20,000 bases of DNA from an uncultured virus (IMG/VR IMGVR_UViG_3300038312_000396) (IMGVR_UViG_3300038312_000396), one strand, 5' to 3'. Shown: positions 7,738 through 17,625, counted from the first letter of the stretch. Translations and numbers: made by a program. Notes: generated by a model not told the origin, from the sequence alone.

Positions 7738-7775
7738 AGAAAACCTGTAAACATTTATGTGTTTACAGGTTTTCT
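7738..7775 (-). terminator. Intrinsic terminator (possibly bidirectional)
   Basis: Perfect 16-bp inverted repeat AGAAAACCTGTAAACA / TGTTTACAGGTTTTCT with a 6-nt loop; T-rich ends on both strands. Confidence 0.8.
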
Positions 7776-7828
7776 TCTCGAAAAGACAAGGTATATTTTT
7801 AAAGGGGTGTTAACCTGATTTGCTTAGT

Positions 7829-8383
7829 TTATCTTTTGATTATGACAGGTGTTATTACCGCTGTCATGCCTGATGAAAGCCTCGCACTTTCAATATCAAA
7901 ATTTAACTGTATTCCCATTGTCTCTGCAATTTCTTTTGCATGTTTGTAAGACAATCTAAATGCAGGATACTCCATCATATTGTTTCCGACTAATTCACGT
8001 ACCACAGGTACTTTATTCACACAATAAAGCCCTATGATAGCTTTAGTGCTTTTATTTTGTCTCTTTAAGTACTTCTTAAATTCTTCAATTGCCAGTCTTT
8101 GCTGTTTTTTGTAAAGTACTTTGTCTTGTTCAACGTTCACTGCTGAGATTTTGCTTTCAAGTGAACCCATAACCTTAGCGTATACATCATGGGTAATAAA
8201 AACTATTTTCCCGTTTTTAACACTCACAACCTGTATGTTTTCTGCCCCTAACTCTTTTTTAATGTCATTCAACATTCCTTTTCTTTTGTACGTCTCGTCT
8301 GAGTATATACCCCATGTGCACCCAAATACATAATTTGGTGCTATATCCCCTAGAACGAATTCATGTGCTATACTAAACCCCAT
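7829..8383 (-). CDS. Hypothetical protein
   Basis: Long ORF co-oriented with its neighbours. The strong RBS AAGGGGGA precedes the ATG at 8383 (ORF-track start is 8413). No motif recognised. Confidence 0.75.
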   Translation of the reverse strand: MGFSIAHEFVLGDIAPNYVFGCTWGIYSDETYKRKGMLNDIKKELGAENIQVVSVKNGKIVFITHDVYAKVMGSLESKISAVNVEQDKVLYKKQQRLAIEEFKKYLKRQNKSTKAIIGLYCVNKVPVVRELVGNNMMEYPAFRLSYKHAKEIAETMGIQLNFDIESARLSSGMTAVITPVIIKR

Positions 8384-8460
8384 GTCTGCATCCCCCTTAT
8401 TCCCACACTCCATAAAATAATTGATCTTCGTTATAATTTAACTTTTTGTCTATATATTTT

Positions 8461-9939
8461 TTATTCCTGTACTATTTCACCAAAAAATGAACATACCCCT
8501 ATGTTCCCTACCATGTAGAAAGGTGAAAAGTACTTTCCTACCCTTGATGGTATGGGTAATACCTGTACCCTGCCTAACTGTAACTCTTCTTGTGTTGCGT
8601 ATAGTCCTATATTTTTGTCAGGTGTTTTAATTGTCTCGTATGTGCCGCCCCCAGAAGTTCTTAAATCAATGTCCTTACCTTGATGTAATGCGTCAACTAT
8701 ATCTGCTTTAAACTGTGCAGGTAAAATAGTAGCAAAACCTAATTTCTTCTGTAACCTCAATAACCTAACATAGCCCAGTTCTAATGCCTGTGTCTTAGTG
8801 ATTTTAGTGTAGTCTATGAGTCCTAAATAATCCACTACAAGTAAATCGAAAGGATCAGTCTCATACGCTCTTTCTAACTCATCTAAAAAAGTATCAACAT
8901 GACAAGGTTTGTCAATAAACTGGATACTCCCATAATCAGGATTAGTTATTAAATCATAATAAGAAGCAAATTCAGCTTGCCTATATTCCTCTGATGGGTA
9001 TAACTGTTTCTTTATTGTTTCCGAATCCAGTTCAACATAAACATTATCCTCTGAATTGTAATAGTAATCAAAATGTCTAGCTCTCAATAAGGGTGTCCAA
9101 GTTAAATGATTCCCCTCTAATACCCATATTGCCACTCTTTGTTTATTGACTACTACCGCTCTATGAGCTAAGTAGGCTGAAAATCTCGTTTTACAAGACT
9201 TTGCAGGTGCTAGTAAAGACACCATTTCACCAGAATATATCGCACCATATGCTTTGTCTAGAGGTCCAATTCCAAAGTCAGTAACTTTTCTTAATGTGTT
9301 TTTATCTGATTCTGTACTTTCTTTATAGTAGTCTAAGTCTAGTTTAAATACCCCTCTGTGCTCTGTTTCAGACGATATTATTAAATTGTCTAACTTTGTA
9401 AATGCTTTACTTAAATATTGTTTTGTATCGTCATATCCTTGTAAGGTTTTCTTACCCTGCTGTACACCATCCAACATTATTGTGGTTGCAGTATCAATTT
9501 CTTTAAGCGTGTATTCCGCTTTAAATCCGTCAATATACCCTTTTACAGCGTCTTTGAAAGTCTCAAAAGACACAATTTCGTCAGCTATCTCATTGTATAC
9601 CTCTAAACAGCTGCTTATAAAGGCTTCAACAGAGGTCATCCCCTCGCTCTCTCCCCCTATTAATTGCCTGTAATCTTCCATATTTATTAACTTTGATTCC
9701 TCAAACTTACCTTTGTTACGCTCCAAAGTGGAAAGTAACGAATCTTCTGAAATAACATAAATCTCTTTCCGTGCACTTATTAATGAATAAAAAACTGAGT
9801 ACTCGTTTTTAAATATGTTTTCTCTTACCTTTGTCTTTAGATAATTGTGACATAACTTTATGTTCTCTAGTAGTTGCTTATCGTCTACCGAAATTTCTCT
9901 GTAAATTAACCCCCCAAAAATAGTCTTGTCAAACTCCAC
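8461..9939 (-). CDS. dnaB: DnaB-like (SF4) replicative helicase, divergent
   Basis: DFGIGPLDKAYGAIYSGEMVSLLAPAKSCKT (H1), IWVLEG (H1a), LLVVDYLGLI (H2), ILPAQ (H3) and DLRTSGG..TPD...SRVG (H4), with a helical N-terminal domain. Confidence 0.85.
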   Translation of the reverse strand: MEFDKTIFGGLIYREISVDDKQLLENIKLCHNYLKTKVRENIFKNEYSVFYSLISARKEIYVISEDSLLSTLERNKGKFEESKLINMEDYRQLIGGESEGMTSVEAFISSCLEVYNEIADEIVSFETFKDAVKGYIDGFKAEYTLKEIDTATTIMLDGVQQGKKTLQGYDDTKQYLSKAFTKLDNLIISSETEHRGVFKLDLDYYKESTESDKNTLRKVTDFGIGPLDKAYGAIYSGEMVSLLAPAKSCKTRFSAYLAHRAVVVNKQRVAIWVLEGNHLTWTPLLRARHFDYYYNSEDNVYVELDSETIKKQLYPSEEYRQAEFASYYDLITNPDYGSIQFIDKPCHVDTFLDELERAYETDPFDLLVVDYLGLIDYTKITKTQALELGYVRLLRLQKKLGFATILPAQFKADIVDALHQGKDIDLRTSGGGTYETIKTPDKNIGLYATQEELQLGRVQVLPIPSRVGKYFSPFYMVGNIGVCSFFGEIVQE

Positions 9940-9968
9940 CTAGCCCACCTGTCTTTCCCCTTGTCCTA

Positions 9969-10163
9969 CTAACTCTTAGTATAGAATACTGTCCAATCTG
10001 AGTAAGCAATTATCCTCAAGATGTTTCTTGCTTCAATCAGTGTCAGATTGTCAATAAACTCACCAATCTCAGGCATACTGCCCGATTCAACTTTCTTTAT
10101 TAAAGCGTCTAATTTTACCCTTGCTGCTGTAATCTCGTCATGTACTTCCTCACCACTTCCCAT
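9969..10163 (-). CDS. Small hypothetical protein
   Basis: 64-aa ORF with RBS AAAGGGGT, co-oriented with the cluster. Confidence 0.65.
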   Translation of the reverse strand: MGSGEEVHDEITAARVKLDALIKKVESGSMPEIGEFIDNLTLIEARNILRIIAYSDWTVFYTKS

Positions 10164-10225
10164 TTTTTATACCCCTTTCTTTAAGGATTAAGAGAGCCTT
10201 ATCTTTTGTGTTGTGACCTTTTATC

Positions 10226-10477
10226 TTATGCTGTAACTTTACTGTTAGTCTGATGTGCAAGTATGTTTTTTATCCTGTCATACCAAGAAATTAATCTAGG
10301 TTCTGCCTCTACTTTTGTTCTTATACCGCAAACATCACACTTAAAATGCAAGTATTTACTGCCTTGTACTGTCTCTACTTCCATGTAATCGACACCATTT
10401 AATTGATGCCCACAAAGACAGCGAAACGGTATCTTTTGTATAGGTATTTCAGTCTTTCTCATAATAGTTGCGTTCAC
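10226..10477 (-). CDS. Small putative Zn-ribbon protein
   Basis: FRCLCGHQL...FKCDVCG (CxC...CxxC). GTG start after GGTGGT. Confidence 0.65.
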   Translation of the reverse strand: MNATIMRKTEIPIQKIPFRCLCGHQLNGVDYMEVETVQGSKYLHFKCDVCGIRTKVEAEPRLISWYDRIKNILAHQTNSKVTA

Positions 10478-10549
10478 TTATACCACCGTCTTTCGTCTCT
10501 TTGTTTCTCTGTTTACTCTCATTAGTTTACTGCTCTCTCACTTATGTTT

Positions 10550-10801
10550 CTATTTCCAGACAAAGCCCTTTTTCCTACAATATGCTCTGTCAACAACAGA
10601 CGTATTAACCGCTTCTACAGACATATCTTGTCTTCCAAGCTTTAAGTTTAACTTATGCGCAGCTCTATTTGCTGCTTCTAGGTCTTTAAAACAAATTGCG
10701 GTAGATAGCCCAACACTATCTAAGTCGGAAAAGTATGCGAATTTATCGCATATGCCTAAAAATACACCTTTATTTTTATTAACGACTATGTAATTACTCA
10801 T
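10550..10801 (-). CDS. Small hypothetical protein
   Basis: 83-aa ORF with RBS GAGAGGT. Confidence 0.7.
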   Translation of the reverse strand: MSNYIVVNKNKGVFLGICDKFAYFSDLDSVGLSTAICFKDLEAANRAAHKLNLKLGRQDMSVEAVNTSVVDRAYCRKKGFVWK

Positions 10802-10908
10802 TTAATTGTACCTCTCACATGTCTACTGATCTTTGTTTAATTCTAATACTATCGTTTGTATACTCCCACACAAAAATATCTTTCTTCATTGTGAAAGTAC
10901 TTGTAGAC

Positions 10909-10951
10909 AAAAAAGTGAATAGGAATCCACATAGAATCCCTATTCACTTTT
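10909..10951 (-). terminator. Intrinsic terminator after topoisomerase subunit A
   Basis: AAAAGTGAATAGG...CCTATTCACTTTT(TT) inverted repeat 5 nt after the stop codon. Confidence 0.8.
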
Positions 10952-10956
10952 AAACC

Positions 10957-13080
10957 TTATACCAACGCTAATGCCACATTAGTTGCCTCTCCTGATTTAT
11001 AGTTTACAGCACAGTCTAATGTCACAAGTTGCATATCTCTAATGTTGTCTATTTTTCCTGCAAATACCGCAGTTTTAGCGGTCTTTGACTTACGAAGTAT
11101 ATCTGTAAACTTAACTGTTGCCTGTTTTCCAAGTAATGATGTAACTTTTACGTACACATTATCGCTGTCTGAATCTGCAAACTCTATTGAACCAATATAA
11201 TTCCCGTCTGCAAATCCTTTTTGTATGTACTTCTGCTTACGTTTATCAGTAACAAACTCATTACTCGAAACAATACAAATTCTACCGTCATCATCACAAA
11301 ACACATATGTCATATCAGGTTTCCAGAGTTTAATATCAATTATTTCAGCATCCTCTATCCCAAAATCCGATAGAATGAATACCCCTGTTTTCTTACCAGT
11401 AGTATACTCTATATTTTCCAAGTATACCTTATAAATTTCACCAGTTGAGGCGAACAACATTATAACATCATTTGCCTTGCAGTTTACGTTGTATACACAG
11501 TTAGACGGCATTTTTGCGTTCATACTATTCTTGTATATAAACAAATCTTCCGTGATGCCAATTTGAACATTTGACCTGTCAACTGGTTTTTCATAAATAA
11601 CTGTAACAGGTGTCAAATCTTCGGGATACTCGTCATATATAACTGACTTTTGTCGATACCCTTTTTTCTCAAACTTAACCTGTAGCCCCGATAATTCATC
11701 AACAATGAAAGGTACTGGATCAAGTACAATTTCCTCAGCACGTTGAAGCTCTTTTGTTAGGTTTACTAACTGCTCTTTTTTCTGTTCAAGCGAAAACTTC
11801 CTTATGTCTTTTATTTTTAAGTCCAATAAGAATTCAAATATCTGCTGATTGAATGGTGTAACCCTTGCTTTTAAGTAGTTGTAAAGCACAATATCATTGT
11901 CCTCATTCTTAACAAGTTTAACCCATTCATCAATATCAACTTTTGCCATAAAGCTCATGTATGCTTGTAAAAACATCAGCTTACTTTCCAAATCTTCAAC
12001 AAGTAACTTAAAGTGTTTACTTACAACTGCCTTACGCCATTTACACCACTCTATAAGTAAGTGTCTTACACCTATTTGTTTTAGGGAATTCCCGTCTATT
12101 ACATTAATGTTTACCGGGTAATTCTTCTGTAGGTCTGATTTATTCAATATGTAATTAACTACAGCATCAGGTTCTCCGTTGAGTTTTATAACAAGTTTGA
12201 AACCTTTAATGCCTGATTCGTCTTTAGCTTCAATAAACCGTGTTCTAAAATAATTGTCCCGTTTCGCCAACTTATAAAGCCCATCAATAACATTTTCAAT
12301 TATAACTCCATAAGGTAACTCGGTAACAACCATTTCAAAATATCTACCTTTTTGTTCGATCGAATAAGTAGCATATATCGGAATTGATCCTTTACCTCTT
12401 GTCCATATTTCTTTCATGCTCTCCCACAGTGCTACAATACTCCCGCCAGTCGGAAAGTCAGGTCTCAAATCCATGTAATTAAATTCTTTTCCTTGTATAA
12501 CCGCCTTTGTAGCCTCAATTAAGTCAATCACATTAAAGGATGGAATTGATGTTGCAAACCCTACCGCAATACCCTCTGTGGGATTTGCTAAAACCGCAGG
12601 AAAATTGACAGGTAACGCCTTTGGTTCTGTGTTTTTGTTATCGTACGATGGTAACATTTCAACAGAGTCTAAGAACTCAAAATATTCCTTAGCGTGGTCT
12701 TCTAACATAGCTTCTGTATAACGTGGTGCGGCACTTGCAAAATTAGATGTTACTGAACCAAAGTTTCCTTTTCCATAAATCAACGGAAAGTTCCATGCAC
12801 CATACTTGTCTGTCATTCTAGTCATAGTCTCGTATATAGCCATGTCACCATGAGGATGCAACTTCATAACTTCACCAACAACGTTAGCACTCTTTGTCTT
12901 GTTATTTAACAACTTCTGCTTGTACATTGTATACAGAATTCTTCTTTGAGATGGCTTTAACCCGTCCTGTAAGTCCGGTATAGCCCTGTCCAATAATACC
13001 TTTACCGCATAAGGCATGTAATTACCGTAAATAACATCCCTTATATCTGTGTCTACAACTGTCTGTTTTGCTAAACTCAT
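10957..13080 (-). CDS. Type IIA DNA topoisomerase subunit A (GyrA/ParC family; topo IV-like, no GyrA-box)
   Basis: DRAIPDLQDGLKPSQRRILY, KSANVVGEVMKLHPHGD, catalytic AAPRYTEA, GIAVGFATSIPSFN and PDFPTGG. Likely ATG at 13080 after AGGTGGGTG (ORF-track start is 13092). Confidence 0.95.
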   Translation of the reverse strand: MSLAKQTVVDTDIRDVIYGNYMPYAVKVLLDRAIPDLQDGLKPSQRRILYTMYKQKLLNNKTKSANVVGEVMKLHPHGDMAIYETMTRMTDKYGAWNFPLIYGKGNFGSVTSNFASAAPRYTEAMLEDHAKEYFEFLDSVEMLPSYDNKNTEPKALPVNFPAVLANPTEGIAVGFATSIPSFNVIDLIEATKAVIQGKEFNYMDLRPDFPTGGSIVALWESMKEIWTRGKGSIPIYATYSIEQKGRYFEMVVTELPYGVIIENVIDGLYKLAKRDNYFRTRFIEAKDESGIKGFKLVIKLNGEPDAVVNYILNKSDLQKNYPVNINVIDGNSLKQIGVRHLLIEWCKWRKAVVSKHFKLLVEDLESKLMFLQAYMSFMAKVDIDEWVKLVKNEDNDIVLYNYLKARVTPFNQQIFEFLLDLKIKDIRKFSLEQKKEQLVNLTKELQRAEEIVLDPVPFIVDELSGLQVKFEKKGYRQKSVIYDEYPEDLTPVTVIYEKPVDRSNVQIGITEDLFIYKNSMNAKMPSNCVYNVNCKANDVIMLFASTGEIYKVYLENIEYTTGKKTGVFILSDFGIEDAEIIDIKLWKPDMTYVFCDDDGRICIVSSNEFVTDKRKQKYIQKGFADGNYIGSIEFADSDSDNVYVKVTSLLGKQATVKFTDILRKSKTAKTAVFAGKIDNIRDMQLVTLDCAVNYKSGEATNVALALV

Positions 13081-13204
13081 TACTTCACCCACCTTAAATA
13101 AAAAACTTGATATACCTATATAATTAAAGTATCAATTAATTATCATGTATAACCTTTAATATCCTTTACCTTAAAAAACAAATTCTCACAATAAAAACTA
13201 GTAA

Positions 13205-14635
13205 TCACTCTTTAATCTTGTAACAATAAGTTTCGTCACCGTTTTCAGTCTCGTAAATAATTGTGTGGTCTCTAAAATTAACAGAAACAATTTTACTTGC
13301 ATTTATAGATAGATACATGTTATTATCAACATGATATACGTCAAACAAGTGATTTTCTTTATGTAATACTACTATAATAGCATCATCTTGATGTTCTTGG
13401 TCTTTACTGTATTGTGAAAAGGTATTAACAACAGTCTGAAAATATATTGGAGGTACAATCACCTTACAATTTACCATTAAGCCATATCTATTGTTCCTTT
13501 TAACTTTGTAAATCTGTAAAGAGCCATATGTTCCCGACAATGCCCCATTAAATGCTAAAGTTACGATATTTGAGTAAAGACTCCCAACTAATGGGTCACC
13601 TGTGTATTCATTGTTACAAGTATCTGAACCATAAGCAAATACCTTAAAGCTATTACCTTTATGCACCACAAAATTATCTTTTGTAAACTGACAAAAATCC
13701 GAATCCACATAGGTCTTCACAGGTAAATAATGTGAAACCGATTTGTTACTGTCTTTCCATAAAACCTCAAAATTAAATCCTGCTATCGCCTTGTCCTTAG
13801 GTATTATGTACTCGTTTTCTCTTAAATATTCTAGTAGGTCAATTAACTTAGTGCTTGTCCAAGTGTTTAAATTTGTTTTTCTTTCCCAGTCTATACTTGC
13901 TGTCACTGTCATTTCTTTATCTAAAAAAATAATTAATTCAACATCTTTATTGTGAATGCAATTATATTCACTGTCTAATTCATTATATAACCCAGTTACT
14001 ATATTTTTTACTTTTACATTTATTTCTCTAAGTTCATCCCACGGAATATACTCGTCAAAATAGTCTATTCCCTCTTCAATTAAACAATATCCCTCTTTCT
14101 TTTTTAAACACACTAATTTCTCGTTATACACTTCTAGTGTGTTGTGCCTTTGTAAGTACAGCCTACACTTATCATTTTTAATACCCTCTGTTCTCGCTAA
14201 TACTTTGCATCCCTCGGTATTTACCACGCTTTCAATTTCTCCCCTACTGCCTAAATAGTACACGTTGTTATTCCCATCTGTTAAATATAAAAAGTTCCGG
14301 TTATCTACAGAATTAACAAGCCCTTTAAACCTTATATTTGTATGTAACACCTTGCAGTTAACGGAATCAACCACACGTAGACCGTCAAAGATATCTCCTG
14401 TATAAATTACAAGTAGTTCTGAATTGTACAAAGTATATAAAAGATCGTAACTTATTTTAAAACTACCATCTAGGGTAGTAATTAACCGAATTTCAGGAAA
14501 TACCATCAAGTTATTTTTCACCTTATAGTCTGTAACTTTTCTACCATAAAGTACACTTAAGGTGTGACACACATCCATTCGTTGTTGCAAATCTTCCATT
14601 GTCTCGTCAATATCTAAAATACCAGTTTCAGTCAT
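13205..14635 (-). CDS. Hypothetical beta-strand-rich protein, with one WG-repeat-like segment
   Basis: 476-aa ORF rich in Y/V/I short-strand patterns. KVKRNNRYGLMVNCKVIVPPIY resembles WG beta-repeat units. Confidence 0.7.
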   Translation of the reverse strand: MTETGILDIDETMEDLQQRMDVCHTLSVLYGRKVTDYKVKNNLMVFPEIRLITTLDGSFKISYDLLYTLYNSELLVIYTGDIFDGLRVVDSVNCKVLHTNIRFKGLVNSVDNRNFLYLTDGNNNVYYLGSRGEIESVVNTEGCKVLARTEGIKNDKCRLYLQRHNTLEVYNEKLVCLKKKEGYCLIEEGIDYFDEYIPWDELREINVKVKNIVTGLYNELDSEYNCIHNKDVELIIFLDKEMTVTASIDWERKTNLNTWTSTKLIDLLEYLRENEYIIPKDKAIAGFNFEVLWKDSNKSVSHYLPVKTYVDSDFCQFTKDNFVVHKGNSFKVFAYGSDTCNNEYTGDPLVGSLYSNIVTLAFNGALSGTYGSLQIYKVKRNNRYGLMVNCKVIVPPIYFQTVVNTFSQYSKDQEHQDDAIIVVLHKENHLFDVYHVDNNMYLSINASKIVSVNFRDHTIIYETENGDETYCYKIKE

Positions 14636-14814
14636 TTTATTTCCTGCTTTCTAATTGGGATAATAATTATATAAGTAAATACGGATTATAAAAAGGTTTT
14701 CCAAAGAATATGTGAGTACAAGTTTAACTAGTTGTCATACTTTAACTCATTTTTGAGCAAAAGCCTAGATCAACCTCAACACTTTCTGGAAATCCTTATA
14801 TGTTAATTTAGATA

Positions 14815-14854
14815 AAATAAAAGGAAATTTTCCTAACTGTTAAGTTAGGAAAAT
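14815..14854 (-). terminator. Intrinsic terminator overlapping the stop of topoisomerase subunit B
   Basis: 12-bp stem ATTTTCCTAACT-TAAC-AGTTAGGAAAAT (14827-14854) followed on the minus strand by TTCCTTTTATTTT. Confidence 0.65.
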
Positions 14855-16791
14855 ACCTCTGCCAAATTCATGTTTTTCATATAATCTACTATCAATGTTT
14901 TTCTTTCCTCTAAATTGTCTCCAAGTAAAGCATTAAATATCCATGATGTCATTTCCTCATGTTGTTCTTCGTCATACTCTACCCGTACAAGTCTTCTGGT
15001 ATCTGGACACATCGTAGTCTGCCACATCATGTCTGGATTATTTTCACCAAGACCTTTAGATCTATTCACAGTGTGACGTACTCCTTTTGCATTTAAACTC
15101 TCTACAATGCTGTCCTTTTCTTCATTTGAATAAGCAAACAGGGATTCTTTACTTGTCTCTATTTCAAATAAAGGTGATTCTGCAATATAAACTCTGCCTT
15201 GCTTTAATAGTGCAGGATATAACCTGTAAAAGAACGCTAGTATTAATGTTCTTATCTGGAAACCATCCTCGTCAGCGTCTGTACATATAACAAACTTTTC
15301 CCACTCCCGTATGTCACCAAATGATACCCTGCCTACTCCCCTTAATTCCACGTTCTCATTAATGATTTTTATTAAACGCAAGATTATGTCGTTTGAAAGT
15401 ATTTGTGTAACATCCGACTTCAAACAGTTCTTAATTTTACCTCTTACGGAAGTGATTGCTTGAAACTCACTGTCTCTTGCTTGTCTACAAGAACCCATAG
15501 CAGAATCTCCCTCAACTATGTAAAGCTCTCTATTATAATTACTTCTGCAATCAACAAACTTGTCAATAGGAGAATTATCAAATTCCTCAATTTTTTCCTG
15601 TGCCTTTTTAATTTGCTTTTTCAATTTTGCAGCTGTCTCTTGCGCTTTTTCATGTACGTCAATTACTTTTTTAAAGTAGTCTCGAATTTCTTTATTCTTT
15701 TGAAATATCTTACCAATCTCAACACTAAGCACTTCTGTGAGAACCGTTTCTAGCCCTTTGTTTAAAACTGTTCTTTTTGCCTGTCCGTCATAGGATGTTG
15801 AAGTTGAGCGAGTGAATATAAATGCACTTAGATTACCCTCTAAATTGTAGATGTCTCTAAGATACAATCCTTTGTCCAGTGATTCGCTTAAACCTCTACC
15901 TACCCCTTGAAATAAAGACTTTGAATGTATTCCCCCACGACTTCCTTTGTCAACTTCAACCATGTTGTGGAAGAACCTAACTTCACCACCATTTTGAACA
16001 AACGCAAAAGCTATTTTATACTCGTACCTGTAAGCATCACTACCATCTCTTTTATCGGATGTTGTTCCGCTACCCTCTGTGAACAAGTAGTCTGAAATTA
16101 CTTTTTCTTTGGTCTTGTCCTTTAACACTTCTTTGTAATCTTTTGAACCTATTACTTCGGTTTCACCTGTAACTTCATCTTTAAAGTTAAAAGTGACCCC
16201 CGATGCTAGTGCCATCCCCTGTATTGTAGGTATAAACCAATTATCATCTATTTCTATTTCGTCAAAAACTTCTAAATCAGGTAGCCAACGTATCCTTGTG
16301 CCTGTTTCGGATGGATTATCTGAATTAGTTATGCTAAGTTCTGTAACTGGATCGCCTTTTTTAAAACTTATCTTATATGTCTTTCCCCCACGTTTAGATT
16401 CTACTTCCATGTATGTAGACGCAAACTGTACAACCGTAAGTCCTACTCCGTTTAACCCTACTGACATGTCATATTCTGTACCACTATACTTACCGCCTGC
16501 AAATAATTGTGTGAATATCAATTCCCAATTATATTTGCCCTCTTTTTCATTGTAATCCATTGGTATGCCCCTACCTCTGTCTACTACCTCTAATGAATGG
16601 TCTGCATACCTTGTTATGTCAATTACTTTACCAAAACCCATAGACGCTTCATCTAATGAGTTACCGACAACCTCAACTACAGTGTGTTTAACAGCATTAA
16701 GATCGTGTGATTGCAACCATATGTCTGGCTTTAATCGTACCTTTTCTTTTTCCGACAGTGACCGTATATTAGTCTCCGATAAATTACTCAA
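14845..16791 (-). CDS. Type IIA DNA topoisomerase subunit B (GyrB/ParE family)
   Basis: GHKL motifs EVVGNSLDE, DRGRGIP, AGGKY and GLNGVG. TOPRIM motifs IVEGDSA, SVRGKIKN and TDADEDG, then RSKGLGE. Likely TTG start at 16791 after GAGGGGTGA (ORF-track start is 16800). Confidence 0.95.
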   Translation of the reverse strand: MSNLSETNIRSLSEKEKVRLKPDIWLQSHDLNAVKHTVVEVVGNSLDEASMGFGKVIDITRYADHSLEVVDRGRGIPMDYNEKEGKYNWELIFTQLFAGGKYSGTEYDMSVGLNGVGLTVVQFASTYMEVESKRGGKTYKISFKKGDPVTELSITNSDNPSETGTRIRWLPDLEVFDEIEIDDNWFIPTIQGMALASGVTFNFKDEVTGETEVIGSKDYKEVLKDKTKEKVISDYLFTEGSGTTSDKRDGSDAYRYEYKIAFAFVQNGGEVRFFHNMVEVDKGSRGGIHSKSLFQGVGRGLSESLDKGLYLRDIYNLEGNLSAFIFTRSTSTSYDGQAKRTVLNKGLETVLTEVLSVEIGKIFQKNKEIRDYFKKVIDVHEKAQETAAKLKKQIKKAQEKIEEFDNSPIDKFVDCRSNYNRELYIVEGDSAMGSCRQARDSEFQAITSVRGKIKNCLKSDVTQILSNDIILRLIKIINENVELRGVGRVSFGDIREWEKFVICTDADEDGFQIRTLILAFFYRLYPALLKQGRVYIAESPLFEIETSKESLFAYSNEEKDSIVESLNAKGVRHTVNRSKGLGENNPDMMWQTTMCPDTRRLVRVEYDEEQHEEMTSWIFNALLGDNLEERKTLIVDYMKNMNLAEVFS

Positions 16792-16933
16792 AAAAATCAC
16801 CCCTCAAATTTTAAATATTTATGAAACTACCCTTTTTATCATTACAGTACTAATTTTATACAAAGTAAATAAGAATTAAATTAAGTATAAGAATTTCAAT
16901 TACCCTTGATACCCTTTTGTACTTCTTATAACA

Positions 16934-16984
16934 CGAAAATTGAAGTGTATTTATGTCTTGAAAACGCATAACAACACTTCAATT
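16934..16984 (-). terminator. Hairpin / probable terminator after the membrane-protein gene
   Basis: AATTGAAGTGT (16938-16948) pairs with ACACTTCAATT (16974-16984), with inner TTATG/CATAA pairing. Confidence 0.55.
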
Positions 16985-17042
16985 CTCTATTATCTATGTC
17001 ATGCTGTTCTTGAATGTCCTTAGAAAAACCAAATATCACTTC

Positions 17043-17582
17043 TTATGTAGCTTGATTGCTTTCTGCACTTCTATTCTTTAGACTTTTCTCAGGTATAACA
17101 AGTGACACAACTGTGTTAATCGCTAATATTATAGTTGTAATTGCAGAAACATAATTAAGTATGTGTAAGTGATAAACAAACCACATTATTTGTGTTATTA
17201 ACATAGACCATTTCAAGTGTTTAGGTTGTTTAGCAATAAGCATACCTAAAGTATAGCCTACACTCGCCACACAAGGTAATACTGAATAAAAGCTATCGAC
17301 AAAAGGGATGTTCACTATAAACGTAATAGAGATCAAAAATATAGTGTGCCATTTTGAATCCCATTTCTTCAGTACAAAAATGTTCCTAGTCAATGTAACT
17401 ATGCTAGATATTGCCCCTGTGAATCCTTTTAACACCAAACAACTCACTATGTCTACTATCTTTTTCCAGGTCTGTATCTTTACCATACCCTCTTTGGTTT
17501 TTGAGTAAACCGATATAGCAAACAATATTGAACCTACTGCACCTAATATGTTACCTAACACAACCACAGTACCACCGCCCAC
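17043..17582 (-). CDS. YgjV-family-like inner membrane protein
   Basis: About 6 hydrophobic segments with the pattern GNILGAVGSILFAIS...LVLKGFTGA...TRN...LP...W.VYH...Y typical of YgjV-type proteins. The true start may be the GTG at 17567. Confidence 0.7.
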   Translation of the reverse strand: MGGGTVVVLGNILGAVGSILFAISVYSKTKEGMVKIQTWKKIVDIVSCLVLKGFTGAISSIVTLTRNIFVLKKWDSKWHTIFLISITFIVNIPFVDSFYSVLPCVASVGYTLGMLIAKQPKHLKWSMLITQIMWFVYHLHILNYVSAITTIILAINTVVSLVIPEKSLKNRSAESNQAT

Positions 17583-17592
17583 TTATCAACTT

Positions 17593-17625
17593 AAAAGAAA
17601 AAGCTGATACTCCCGTCAGCTTTTC
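17593..17625 (-). terminator. Intrinsic terminator
   Basis: Minus strand AAAAGCTGA-CGGGAGTA-TCAGCTTTTTCTTTT. Confidence 0.75.

Noticed and set aside
7692..7754. ORF-track N-terminal extension of the CHC2 protein
   Set aside because: The ATG lies within a terminator hairpin and has no RBS; a better RBS precedes the GTG codons at 7685-7691.
10478..10522. 14-aa basic ORF MRVNRETKRRKTVV* in frame directly before the Zn-ribbon gene (possible readthrough or leader)
   Set aside because: The downstream GTG has its own GGTGGT RBS and the stop is TAA, so this is probably incidental.
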